DNA of 64,000 nt from Bdellovibrionota bacterium (lineage in GTDB: Bacteria; Bdellovibrionota_C; UBA2361; JBGSMV01). The notes below the pieces were generated by a model, which had not been told where the DNA came from, ran no database searches, and saw only the letters and a program-made list of their open reading frames with translations. The stretch lies in the NCBI GenBank assembly GCA_044356455.1, contig JBIKWF010000001.1, positions 32,001 through 96,000 of the forward strand. The letters are read 5' to 3'. Below are positions 41,119 through 50,817 of the stretch, in pieces. The number at the start of each line of letters is the position of its first letter. Within the stretch, counting starts at the first letter, position 1. Position numbers and translations under genes: made by a program.

Positions 41119-41810
41119 TCTTTCTCCTTAAGCGAATAGCCTACGCCGCGGTGGGTTACGATAGGGTCTTCGCCTGGGCGAATGAGCTTAAGTTTGGCGC
41201 GAAGTGTTTTAATATGAGCGTCGACGGTGCGCTCCATGCTCGCCATGGGATCGTCCCATACAAGTTCCATGAGTCTGTCCCGTGAGTATACCCAGCCCGG
41301 GTGGGAGAGCAGAGTTTGGAGCAATTTAAACTCGTAGCGCGACAATTCGAGTGTCTGACCATGATATGAGATGGCATGTCTATTGGCGTCTACACTGAAC
41401 GCCTGCGGGGTTTGGGGTTCATTCTCGCCTTGAGTGAGTGGCGCCGCTCCTCCCGTACGCCTAAGAATTGCTTTCGCTCGGGCCACGAGCTCTCGAGGGC
41501 TAAACGGTTTTACGACATAATCATCGGCGCCAAGCTCGAGGCCTAGTACCCTGTCGATCTCATCTGCACGAGCGGTAAGAAAGAGAACCGGTAGCGAATA
41601 GGTAAGCTGCAGCTCCTTGTAGAGCTCAAAGCCGTTTTTGTCTGGCAAACCTACATCGATAATCGCCAGCACAAAGGATGTTTTCGCAAGACAGGCAAGA
41701 GCTTCTGCCGCGGTTGCGGCCCTCGTTACGCTAAATCCGTCGGTTGAGAACGCGTATTCCACGGTGTCCGCAATCGCGGGCTCATCCTCTACTATGAGAA
41801 GCGTTTTCAT
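41115..41810 (-). CDS. creB: OmpR-family response regulator CreB
   Basis: IVEDEPAIADT, DVGLPD, ERTVDAHIKTLRAKL, THRGVGY; overlaps creC start. Confidence 0.93.
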   Translation of the reverse strand: MKTLLIVEDEPAIADTVEYAFSTDGFSVTRAATAAEALACLAKTSFVLAIIDVGLPDKNGFELYKELQLTYSLPVLFLTARADEIDRVLGLELGADDYVVKPFSPRELVARAKAILRRTGGAAPLTQGENEPQTPQAFSVDANRHAISYHGQTLELSRYEFKLLQTLLSHPGWVYSRDRLMELVWDDPMASMERTVDAHIKTLRAKLKLIRPGEDPIVTHRGVGYSLKEKE

Positions 41811-41820
41811 GGGTTTTCGC

Positions 41821-42687
41821 TCACCGTGCGCTGCCTGACGTTGTGCCACTTGAAACAGCGCCACCTGACAGCGCGCCACTTGTCTTCTCGCCACATTTCT
41901 CAGCAATAGAGGCGAGTTCGGAAAAAGACTTCTCCTGAAGGCTCGCTTTTCCGACGAGCGCACCTGCCACGTGAGGCACGCTTAAGATGGAGGCAAAGTT
42001 CTCGGGGGAAACGCTGCCGCCATAGAGTATACGTGGCGTGGGAAGAATGCTTCCGTGCTGCGCCCACCACGAAGCAAGAAACGCATGCGCTTCGGCTATG
42101 TCTTGCAAAGAAGCCGCTTTGCCCGTGCCGATTGCCCAGACGGGTTCGTAGGCAAGGGTGAGTAGCGGCGCTCGTGTCGCCTTTCCCGTTGGAGGTGTCG
42201 CCTGTGAAGAGATTTGCGCCGGGAAACTCTTGTAGTGCTCAAGAAGTGGAGCAAGCTGAGACTCTAGGACTCTGAGCGTGTCTCCGTTTGAGCGCTCAGC
42301 AAGTGTCTCGCCAATACAAAAAATAATCGGTAGCCTCTGGTGGAGTGCGCTCGCGGCTCGTTTTGCACTTTCCTCAATCGTCTCTCGAAAGAGATGCCGT
42401 CTTTCGGAATGCCCTACAAGAGCAAAATCGCATCCTAAATCAGTGAGTTGGTCGACTGAGACTTCGCCGGTAAAAGCACCGGATTTTTCCCAGAAGACGT
42501 TTTGAGCTCCCACCAGAACTGCGGAATGGTGACAGGCGTCGAGGACGGTTGATAAGAGAGGAAATGAGGGCGCGAGCCAAAGCTCCGTGCTGACCAATGA
42601 CTTTGCGATGCGAGTTACGCCTAAGGCGAGTGCGTGGGCCTCTTTGGTGGTGAGGTTCATTTTCCAATTCGCGGCAAGTAATGCCAT
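41821..42687 (-). CDS. tpiA: Triosephosphate isomerase
   Basis: ANWKMN, GHSERR, AYEPVWAIGTG, YGGSV. Confidence 0.97.
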   Translation of the reverse strand: MALLAANWKMNLTTKEAHALALGVTRIAKSLVSTELWLAPSFPLLSTVLDACHHSAVLVGAQNVFWEKSGAFTGEVSVDQLTDLGCDFALVGHSERRHLFRETIEESAKRAASALHQRLPIIFCIGETLAERSNGDTLRVLESQLAPLLEHYKSFPAQISSQATPPTGKATRAPLLTLAYEPVWAIGTGKAASLQDIAEAHAFLASWWAQHGSILPTPRILYGGSVSPENFASILSVPHVAGALVGKASLQEKSFSELASIAEKCGEKTSGALSGGAVSSGTTSGSAR

Positions 42688-42814
42688 GGCTGGCTCCTTT
42701 ATTCCTTTTGAGGAGTACGGACGGGGGGAGATAACTACCACGAAGACCACGTTGTGATTTCGCCTGGTCCGCTATCGGCCCAGAGGGGCCGCAGAAGACC
42801 AGGCGATGCTGGTG

Positions 42815-43825
42815 TTACATTCCGCCAAGCATTTTTGTTACATCAACCATGCGCGCGGAGAACCCCGCCTCGTTGTCGTACCAAGAAACCACTTTGGCGA
42901 GGCGCTTTCCGATGACGAGCGTGAGCGCAGAGTCAGCAATCGAGGAAAGCGTGTTCCCAATGTAGTCGGAGGAAACGAGGGGCTCGGTTGAGTAGCCGAG
43001 AATTCCCTTTAATGAACCTTCGCTTGCTTTCTTAAGTGCGGCGTTGATCTCTGCTCCCGTCGCGTCCTTCTCAAGCTCCACTACAAAATCCACGAGGGAA
43101 ACGTCTGGAGTCGGAACTCTGACTGCAAATCCGTCGCATTTGCCTGCCAGGCTTGGAATGACTAGCCCAATTGCCTTTGCCGCTCCCGTCGAAGTCGGAA
43201 TCATTGAAAGACCTGCCGCGCGGGCACGGCGCAGGTCCTTATGGGGAAGGTCGAGGACATTCTGATCGTTGGTGAACGAGTGAATGGTAGTCATGGTGCC
43301 GTGGGCGATGCCGAAATTATCCACGAGTACCTTGGCCACAGGGGCAAGGCAGTTTGTGGTGCAGGAAGCGCAGCTCACGATGTCGTGTTTCGACTTGTCA
43401 TACATCGAGTGATTTACTCCGTAGACAATGGTGACATCTGCATCTTTGGCGGGCGCTGAGACGAGCACCTTGCGCGCGCCGGCTTTAAGGTGCAGGGCTG
43501 CTTTCTCTCTGTCGGTAAAGGCGCCCGTGCATTCAAGGACCACATCGATTCCCATTTCTTTCCAGGGCAGTGTCGAGGGATCCTTGATGGCGCTAATTTT
43601 GATCTGGTCGCCATTGACAGTAATCGACGTGTCGTCGTGCTTCACGTCAGCGCCAAAAGTGCGGTGAATAGAGTCGTACTTGAGGAGATGGGCGAGGGTG
43701 GTCGCGCTCGTAAGGTCGTTAATGGCGACAACTTTAATCTCGCCCGACAGCTGGTGGTTATAAAGATGGCGGAGGACGAGGCGACCAATGCGTCCAAATC
43801 CATTGATGGCTACTTTGATTGTCAT
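42815..43825 (-). CDS. gap: Glyceraldehyde-3-phosphate dehydrogenase
   Basis: INGFGRIGR, ASCTTNCL, SWYDNE. Confidence 0.98.
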   Translation of the reverse strand: MTIKVAINGFGRIGRLVLRHLYNHQLSGEIKVVAINDLTSATTLAHLLKYDSIHRTFGADVKHDDTSITVNGDQIKISAIKDPSTLPWKEMGIDVVLECTGAFTDREKAALHLKAGARKVLVSAPAKDADVTIVYGVNHSMYDKSKHDIVSCASCTTNCLAPVAKVLVDNFGIAHGTMTTIHSFTNDQNVLDLPHKDLRRARAAGLSMIPTSTGAAKAIGLVIPSLAGKCDGFAVRVPTPDVSLVDFVVELEKDATGAEINAALKKASEGSLKGILGYSTEPLVSSDYIGNTLSSIADSALTLVIGKRLAKVVSWYDNEAGFSARMVDVTKMLGGM

Positions 43826-44190
43826 AATGATAACTCCCTTCAATTCATACTACCGGCACCCTACGAGACCGAGGCTTGAGGTGTCAACGATATTGAGGCC
43901 CGAGTGAGGGCTTCAACCGCATGATTCGACGAGGTTTTTCGCTGCTTACGTATTGTGCAACAAGCGCATCTACCAATATAGTTAGGGGTATCTGTAAGCG
44001 CGTGAGCCTTGGCCTTTTGGGGGCCTGTCAGGGGCGCTTTCTCGATACGTTTCGGATGCTGCTTTACGCGATGCTGCTTTACGCCACCGAAGTTCGTGAG
44101 GAACGGCGCGAGGTCTCGGTTTAGGCACATTTGAGGCGGCAAGTTCGAGGCAGGATTTGTTGTCTCGGTATTTGTAATTTCTAGCTATTT

Positions 44191-44925
44191 TTGGGGCGCA
44201 TTGTGGACATACCCGTGGAACCGATTCAGGAGCTTTCTCACCCGACCATTTTTAGCATGATTACCGGGTCAGGGCCGGTCGTGCAGGTGGTTCTGCTGAT
44301 TCTCGTTTTCCTCTCCGTGTGGACCTGGGCAATTACGATTGCCAAGTATCTGCAGTTTCGTAGGGCGACGAGTGACACGTCTGCTTTTAGTGCGCTCTTT
44401 TGGGAAAGCCGAAATTTGGCGCGCATCGATGATTCGTCTCGGCGCCTTGCGGCAAGTCCCTTAGCGCATGTGTTTGCCTCGGGATACCGAGAGTTAAGTC
44501 ATGTGCTTCAAAATGGGGAGTCAGGTGGCCCGCGCCACGCCGTCGACACCGAGACACAGCTTGGCACGGTAGAAAGAGCGCTGAAGCGCGCCGAATTCGA
44601 GGAATCAGTAAAGCTGGAGAAGGGGATTACCTTTTTAGCTACCGTCGCAAGCGCGGCTCCGTTCATTGGTCTTTTTGGAACGGTGTGGGGCATCATGAAT
44701 GCGTTCCACAGCCTTGGATTTGCAAAGTCCACTTCTATTCAAGCGGTAGCGCCGGGAATTTCTGAAGCGCTCGTAGCGACGGCCGTGGGGCTCGCCGCTG
44801 CTATCCCCGCTTCGATTGCCTACAACTACTTTGCGGTTGCCGTGCGCCGCTATCGCGAGTCTATGGATAAATTTAGTGGCGAGTTTCTCAGTGTCGCTCG
44901 CCACTATTTCGCAGGGCGGGCGTAG
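44191..44925 (+). CDS. tolQ: TolQ (MotA/TolQ/ExbB family); start may be GTG 44203
   Basis: APFIGLFGTVWGIM, VAPGISEALVATA; first gene of the tol-pal cluster. Confidence 0.93.
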   Translation: MGRIVDIPVEPIQELSHPTIFSMITGSGPVVQVVLLILVFLSVWTWAITIAKYLQFRRATSDTSAFSALFWESRNLARIDDSSRRLAASPLAHVFASGYRELSHVLQNGESGGPRHAVDTETQLGTVERALKRAEFEESVKLEKGITFLATVASAAPFIGLFGTVWGIMNAFHSLGFAKSTSIQAVAPGISEALVATAVGLAAAIPASIAYNYFAVAVRRYRESMDKFSGEFLSVARHYFAGRA

Positions 44926-44980
44926 CACATGGCGCTTGAGATCTTGTGGTGAATAGGCTGGGCTGAGGAGGTAGGTAGTT

Positions 44981-45409
44981 ATGGGATTTTCAGCGGGAGG
45001 GGGAGATAGCTCCCCGATAGCAGAGATCAATGTGACGCCCTTGGTGGACGTGATGTTGGTGCTGCTGATCATTTTTATGGTGGCGGCTCCTATGTTGCAG
45101 CAGGGCGTCGAAGTTAATTTGCCAAAAGCGACGAATGCGCCATTAGCGGGCTCCGCAGAGCAGCTGGTGATATCCATTGATACAGCAGGCAGCGTGTTTC
45201 TTGGTTCGGGAAATAAGGTAACGGTGCCAGAGGTTGGCGCCAAGGTTGCCGCTGCGCTTTCAAGTCGCCCAGAAGAAGAGAAGAAGGTCTATATTAAGGC
45301 CGACGCAGGGCTGCCCTACTCGGTTCTTATGGACGTCATGAGTAGCCTGCACCAGTCGGGAATAACCCAGATAGGTCTAGTTTCGGCTCCTCAAGGAGAG
45401 GGGAAGTAG
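44981..45409 (+). CDS. tolR: TolR
   Basis: EINVTPLVDVMLVLLIIFMVAAP. Confidence 0.93.
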   Translation: MGFSAGGGDSSPIAEINVTPLVDVMLVLLIIFMVAAPMLQQGVEVNLPKATNAPLAGSAEQLVISIDTAGSVFLGSGNKVTVPEVGAKVAAALSSRPEEEKKVYIKADAGLPYSVLMDVMSSLHQSGITQIGLVSAPQGEGK

Positions 45410-45642
45410 GGACTTCGTCTATTGGGGAAACCCTGAAAAACTCCCCCCTCAGCTACGTCTCTATGTGAAAGGTATTGGATGTCGCGGAGCTGCCTACGCC
45501 TTATGATTGCGGCGCAGCTTTGGCGGAGCTGGGGATGCGGGGGACGTCGAGGAAAAGCAGCGCAGCGAGAGTGGGATTCAAGGAGATTTGAGAAGCTTGT
45601 TGTAGGTCTTTTGGGAAACTTTGGTGCGACAGGAGTTCCTCG

Positions 45643-46599
45643 GTGAGTAGAACCCCAAGAACCTCAGTTCTTGATAATCAAGTCGTCGGACACCGAAGGC
45701 AGGTCGAAGGACCCCGTATAAACCGGCTTGTCGCCAAGCCGAAGGGTGGGGGCGTGGAAGTGTCTGTTTTGAAAAGTGAGTCCGACTCGTATTACACACT
45801 TGGACTTGTGAGCTCACTTGTCGCGCATGCCCTTGCTGCGTATGTAGTGCTTGTTTCTGTTGCTCCGACGCCCCTCGACTTTCGGGAGCAAATTTTCTCT
45901 GTGACGATAGAAGGTGGGAAGACGCTTGGCGGAATAAGCCAGGTTCCCGATGAGTCAAAGAAAGCGCAAAGCGCGGTACCCCGCAAAGTCAGCGAGCAGT
46001 CTCCGGAAATCCCTAAGGCCCTTGCGGAAGATAAGCCTAAGGAAGAGCTAGTTCCGGTTAAGGATGCAGAGGTTTCGCTGAGTGAGGCAAAGCCGACTCC
46101 TAAGCCTGTGCCTACTAAAAAAGCGACTCCTATTCCCGCGAAGGCGACACCCGTTCCCGTTAAGGCAACTCCTAAGCCCAAAGTGCCGACCAAGGCTGAG
46201 CTTGATAAGGAGTACCAAGCCACCATGCAGAAGTATCTCGGGGAATCCTCCAATGCGGGCGGCAAAGGATTCGGTGCGGCAAAGGTCGGAGGAACCGGGA
46301 TGGGCGGCGGTGCGCTTAGACCACCTGAGTTCTTCCGCTATAAGGATCTGCTCGAAGCTTTCGTCAAGGGCGGGTGGCGCTGGATAGATCCTCAGGCAAA
46401 AATCAAGGCATCTGTAGTTTTTGATATTGGTCCGGATGGCAATGTGAGCTCGGTTCGAATTGACCAGAGTTCGGGAAATCGAGAGTTCGACGAATCGGTG
46501 CTGCGCGCGGTGTATAAAGCGAACCCTGTACCAAAACCGCCGCCGAGTGTTTACGAGCAATACTTTAAGACCGTTCGAATGATTTTTGAGCCGGAGTAG
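45643..46599 (+). CDS. tolA: TolA/TonB-like energy transducer; start uncertain (possibly GTG 45754)
   Basis: SLVAH TM motif, Lys/Pro-rich linker, SSGNREFDESVLRAV C-domain; between tolR and tolB. Confidence 0.85.
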   Translation: MSRTPRTSVLDNQVVGHRRQVEGPRINRLVAKPKGGGVEVSVLKSESDSYYTLGLVSSLVAHALAAYVVLVSVAPTPLDFREQIFSVTIEGGKTLGGISQVPDESKKAQSAVPRKVSEQSPEIPKALAEDKPKEELVPVKDAEVSLSEAKPTPKPVPTKKATPIPAKATPVPVKATPKPKVPTKAELDKEYQATMQKYLGESSNAGGKGFGAAKVGGTGMGGGALRPPEFFRYKDLLEAFVKGGWRWIDPQAKIKASVVFDIGPDGNVSSVRIDQSSGNREFDESVLRAVYKANPVPKPPPSVYEQYFKTVRMIFEPE

Positions 46600-46719
46600 T
46601 GTTGAGGGTAGACGAGGGGTTTTTGAGAGCCGTTTGGTCTCCGCGCACGGCCTCGCCCTGCCTATGGTGCGGTAGCGCGTAGCGTGAGATATAACTAGCG
46701 GTTCCTTGCCTAGGAGAAA

Positions 46720-48087
46720 GTGTTCATGAAGCTACGTATGCTGAGCGAAGTTCGCATTTCGTCGTCCTTTTTATCCGCAGCACTTTTGCTTGTTTCGGTG
46801 GGGTGCAGCGCGCTGATTGGAGCCGCGTCGGCACATGCGCAAACTGATATTTTTATTAAGGGAGCAGGCCGTAGGATTCCTATTGCCGTCCCTCAGCTCT
46901 GCCTTCAGGCCGGAGTCCCTGTGAACCCAGAGCAAAATCCGACTAAGGACATTCCTCGTATTGTAGGCAGAGACCTCGATTTGTCGGGGTACTTCGATGT
47001 GCTTGACCCAGGTGGCTACATTGAAACTCCCGGCAAATGCGGCGCGCCCGATGCCTTCGCGTATTCGGACTGGTCCGTTATTCGCGCCGAGGGCGTCGTG
47101 AGGGGGCAGGTAACTATCGAGGGACAGCGCATGCGGGCTCAGATGTTCTTGCATGACGTGCAAAGGCAGAAGGTCTTGCTTGGTAAAGAGTACGAGGGCG
47201 ATCTGTCACAGATTCCGCTCATCGCGCACCGTTTTGCGAATGAAGTCTATCGCATGTTCACGGGAGAGCAGGGCGTCTTTGGGACGCAGATCGCCTTTTC
47301 TTCAAAAGTGGGCCGCTTTCGCGAACTCTTTGTCATGGATATGGATGGGAGCAATCTGCGGCAGTTAACAAATGATCGAGCGCTCGCGATTTCTCCCTCG
47401 TGGGATCCTCTTGGCCAGACGATTTCCTTCACTTCTTATCGTTCGCGGGTGCCAGATCTTTTTCTTCTTAATCTTGAGCGGCGTGCAGTTCAGCAAGTAA
47501 CTCGTGGCTCAGCCATGGAGCTCGGCGCAAAGTTTACCAAAGATGGGTCGGGCCTTTTGACTTCAATCAGCAGCGAAGGGCAATCACAGATTGCACTTCT
47601 TAACTTGGACGGAACTATTCGCCGCGCCATTACGCCCAAAACACGAGCCATTGACGTTTCGCCAAGCTGGTCTCCTGATCAGTCGAAAATTGCATTTTGC
47701 TCGAATCGCGGTGGAGGTCCTCAAATATATGTGATGGAGGCTGACGGCTCGGCTGCCCACCGGGTAAGTTTTGTGAACTCTAGCTACTGCACCTCTCCGA
47801 GCTGGTCTCCCCGAGGCGATCGGCTGGCTTTTGTATGCCGGTCGGATGGCGGATTTAACATCTTTGTCGCTGACGTTGATGGGGCTAATCCGCTTCAGCT
47901 TACGAGCGCGGGCGACAATGAGGACCCTGACTGGGCTCCTAATGGGCGCTTTTTGGCGTTTTCGACCACTTTTGGGCGAGGCTATGTCAAGAGCATTGCC
48001 ATGATGCGAGATGACGGTAGCAATATAAAGCGCCTCACTACCGCTCGAGTCGGTGATATGGAGCCTCGTTGGGGCCCACTGCCTTAG
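46720..48087 (+). CDS. tolB: TolB beta-propeller protein
   Basis: IPIAVP, AHRFAN, repeated SPSWSP/PDW (PD40) motifs. Confidence 0.95.
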   Translation: MFMKLRMLSEVRISSSFLSAALLLVSVGCSALIGAASAHAQTDIFIKGAGRRIPIAVPQLCLQAGVPVNPEQNPTKDIPRIVGRDLDLSGYFDVLDPGGYIETPGKCGAPDAFAYSDWSVIRAEGVVRGQVTIEGQRMRAQMFLHDVQRQKVLLGKEYEGDLSQIPLIAHRFANEVYRMFTGEQGVFGTQIAFSSKVGRFRELFVMDMDGSNLRQLTNDRALAISPSWDPLGQTISFTSYRSRVPDLFLLNLERRAVQQVTRGSAMELGAKFTKDGSGLLTSISSEGQSQIALLNLDGTIRRAITPKTRAIDVSPSWSPDQSKIAFCSNRGGGPQIYVMEADGSAAHRVSFVNSSYCTSPSWSPRGDRLAFVCRSDGGFNIFVADVDGANPLQLTSAGDNEDPDWAPNGRFLAFSTTFGRGYVKSIAMMRDDGSNIKRLTTARVGDMEPRWGPLP

Positions 48088-48418
48088 ATTCGAGCTGGCT
48101 TAGATTCGGGGGTAATACAAAAATCGTGTCTTTTTAAGGCATTGGGTAATTGCCATTTCGATGAAAAATCTGTAGTTTTTTCACCGGTTGGCGCCCCAAC
48201 TAGGCGTTGTCACGCAATTTTTAGGTTGCGAGACTTTGTGCCATGTTTTACATGGATAGTGCTAGCGCCCATTAGGCTCGTTTGCCCTCTGGTTATGGGG
48301 AGCTAAGTGCTCAGCTCTTAGAGTCTCGCGCCGACTGGATAGTTTTTTCTTGCTTTCGTGCCGGGGTCCGGCGTGTGTGTAGAGAAGATAAAGATATAGC
48401 TTACGTTAGGAGATTGTT

Positions 48419-48874
48419 ATGCGAATCATGAAGGTAGTTTTGGTTGTATGCGCTCTGCTTGTCGCTACTGGTTGTGCGTGCAGAACGAAGAAGGTTGGTC
48501 CTGCTGAAGCGCAGAACAATCTGCCGATAGCGACTGAGGGAGTTGAGATGCGTGATGTAAATTACGCCTTTGATTCGTATGCGCTCAGTGACGCTGCGAA
48601 GGCCACCCTTCAGGCGAATGCTGATTACATGAAGGCCAACGCGGACGTTAAGGTCCAAGTTGAAGGTCACTGCGATGAGCGTGGGACCAATGAGTACAAT
48701 ATGGCCCTTGGCATGAACCGTGCGCGCGCGGCGTATGATTACCTGCGCTCGCTCGGAGTCGCAGAATCTCGCCTCAGCACGGTAAGCTACGGAGAAGAGC
48801 TTCCACTTGACCCAGCGCACAATGAGGCAGCGTGGGCTAAGAATCGCCGAGCTCACTTCAGTATTCAGAAGTAG
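48419..48874 (+). CDS. pal: Peptidoglycan-associated lipoprotein
   Basis: Lipobox ATGC; EGHCDERGTNEYN, SYGEE, NRRA. Confidence 0.96.
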   Translation: MRIMKVVLVVCALLVATGCACRTKKVGPAEAQNNLPIATEGVEMRDVNYAFDSYALSDAAKATLQANADYMKANADVKVQVEGHCDERGTNEYNMALGMNRARAAYDYLRSLGVAESRLSTVSYGEELPLDPAHNEAAWAKNRRAHFSIQK

Positions 48875-49104
48875 ATTTTCTGAAAATTGACTTGGCTAAG
48901 AAGTAGATTAAGGGCCTTGGCGCTCTTATAGATGCTTCTCAAGGGAAGGTGGGGTCATCGCTACGGTGGCCTCACCTTTTGTCTTTTTTAGCGCGCGCAT
49001 TGACGTAATCATATCTTTTGGGGATTCGCGTCTCTTGTGACTTCGCGATATGCTTACCGCGAAGTTTTTGTCGAATGAAGAGAATCTTCTCGGAGTGTTT
49101 TTTT

Positions 49105-49836
49105 ATGACTACATGCAAACGTGGGTCAGTGCTGCTACTGGCAGGCAGTCTTCTTGGGTTCGCAACGGGTTGTGTTGATAATAAGCTGCGCATGGATGTT
49201 CAGCGCTTGTCTTCTGATCTTGAAGATTCTCGCGCGTTCCAGGCTGAGCAAACCACCAAGCTCTCTACTCTTGAAACCGATGTGCGCCGCATCTCTGGTC
49301 GTCTTGATGAGCTTGAATTCCAGCAGAATCAGAAACTCGGTACCGCACTCAATTCTCTAAAGAGTGATCTGACGAGCCTTAAGAGGCGCGTTCCTCCCCC
49401 ACCTATCGTTCCTGTACCTGAATTAGAGGCGGACGAAGCGGCCCTTGAGAGTCTCCCGCCGGAACTTGCAGCTCCTATGAACGATGCCTTTATCGCTCTC
49501 CGTGAGGGCGGCTTCGACAGGGCGCTTCAGACGCTCGACGATGCCATGGGGCTTGCGATCGATACCGAGTGGGCTCCGATGGTGCTCTTTTGGAAGGGCG
49601 TAGCCATGGAGGGTAAAAACAATCCTCGCGGGGCCCTTGAGTTTTATCTTGCAATCACTACCCAGCATAGCAAGTCCGAAAGAGCTGCGGCTGCGCTTCT
49701 CAGACAGGGTTCGGTGCTCATCAGGATTGGGGACAAAAAAACGGCTCGCCTCGTGTTCAATAAGCTAATCGCCGATTTCCCCAAGAGTGCTGAAGCGGCA
49801 CGGGCGCGAGATAGATTGAAAGATTTGGGTAAGTAA
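49105..49836 (+). CDS. cpoB: CpoB/YbgF-like coiled-coil TPR lipoprotein
   Basis: Follows pal; lipobox ATGC, coiled coil, TPR-like C-terminus (LIADFPKSAEA). Confidence 0.82.
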   Translation: MTTCKRGSVLLLAGSLLGFATGCVDNKLRMDVQRLSSDLEDSRAFQAEQTTKLSTLETDVRRISGRLDELEFQQNQKLGTALNSLKSDLTSLKRRVPPPPIVPVPELEADEAALESLPPELAAPMNDAFIALREGGFDRALQTLDDAMGLAIDTEWAPMVLFWKGVAMEGKNNPRGALEFYLAITTQHSKSERAAAALLRQGSVLIRIGDKKTARLVFNKLIADFPKSAEAARARDRLKDLGK

Positions 49837-49863
49837 TTGGGGATTGGGCGAGAGGTTCTCTGT

Positions 49864-50817
49864 GTGGAATATACGTGTCGCCTTTTACGAAACATTACAA
49901 AGCCGCTTGCTCTCCCGCGCCCTGTGGTAGCAACGCTCGGCAATCTTGATGGAATACATTCAGGGCATCGTTCGTTGCTAAGGGCGGTGCGGCAGAAGGC
50001 AAACGAGCAGGGGGAAGGGGGCAGCTCGCTAGCGATAACCTTTTACCCTCATCCCGCCAAGGTTCTCGGTAAGGAAACCGATTCCTCTTCCTTGAGCTCG
50101 CTTTCTGAGCGCCTGCGGGTGCTCAGTGAGTGCAAGATTGATGCGTTAGCGCTAATTCATTTTACCAAATCCCTCTCTACCATGAGGGCTGCTCAGTTCA
50201 TTGAGGAAATATTGTTCAGGAATTTGGGGGTTGAGCATTTGGTGCTAGGTCCAGATGCGCATGTCGGCTTTAAGCGCGAAGGTACCCCTGAGTTTATTAA
50301 GGATTACTTCGAGCGTCATGGCCGAAGCGCCGAAATTCTTCCGTTCGTAATGGAAGGTTCTGAGCGTGTCAGTAGCGGCCGGATTCGCAAGCTTGTGGCG
50401 GCGGGTGAGGTGCTGGGCGCGCGGATGCTCCTTGGACGTTCCTATAGTCTAGAGGGCAGGGTGGTGCATGGGGACGGGCGAGGGGCGCAAATCGGAGTGC
50501 CTACGGCTAATATATTGACCCGCACTCAGCTTCTTCCCGCGCACGGGGTGTATGCAGGTTTTCTCGCGCTGCCTGGAGGAACTTTCCGCGCGGTTGCGAA
50601 TGTGGGCGTACGGCCAACTTTTGGGGGCAGACTCCCTACTCTCGAAGTACATGCCTGGGACTACGCGGGGCCTGCCTTTTATGGGCAGCGCGTCAGGTTC
50701 ACTTTCGAAGCTCGGCTACGGGGCGAGCAAAAATTCAATTCGGTTGGAGAGCTTGTCGCTCAAATCAGGACTGATATTGAGTCCGCAAAAAGTTGTTTAA
50801 AGGAATTTCATGAGTGA
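49864..50817 (+). CDS. ribF: Bifunctional riboflavin kinase/FAD synthetase
   Basis: GNLDGIHSGH, VSSGRIR, GVPTAN, NVGVRPTF, LRGEQKF. Confidence 0.96.
   Translation: MEYTCRLLRNITKPLALPRPVVATLGNLDGIHSGHRSLLRAVRQKANEQGEGGSSLAITFYPHPAKVLGKETDSSSLSSLSERLRVLSECKIDALALIHFTKSLSTMRAAQFIEEILFRNLGVEHLVLGPDAHVGFKREGTPEFIKDYFERHGRSAEILPFVMEGSERVSSGRIRKLVAAGEVLGARMLLGRSYSLEGRVVHGDGRGAQIGVPTANILTRTQLLPAHGVYAGFLALPGGTFRAVANVGVRPTFGGRLPTLEVHAWDYAGPAFYGQRVRFTFEARLRGEQKFNSVGELVAQIRTDIESAKSCLKEFHE

Noticed and set aside
44055..44084. Exact 15-bp tandem duplication GATGCTGCTTTACGC in the gap/tolQ divergent region
   Set aside because: Two copies only; most simply a slippage duplication with no evidence of function
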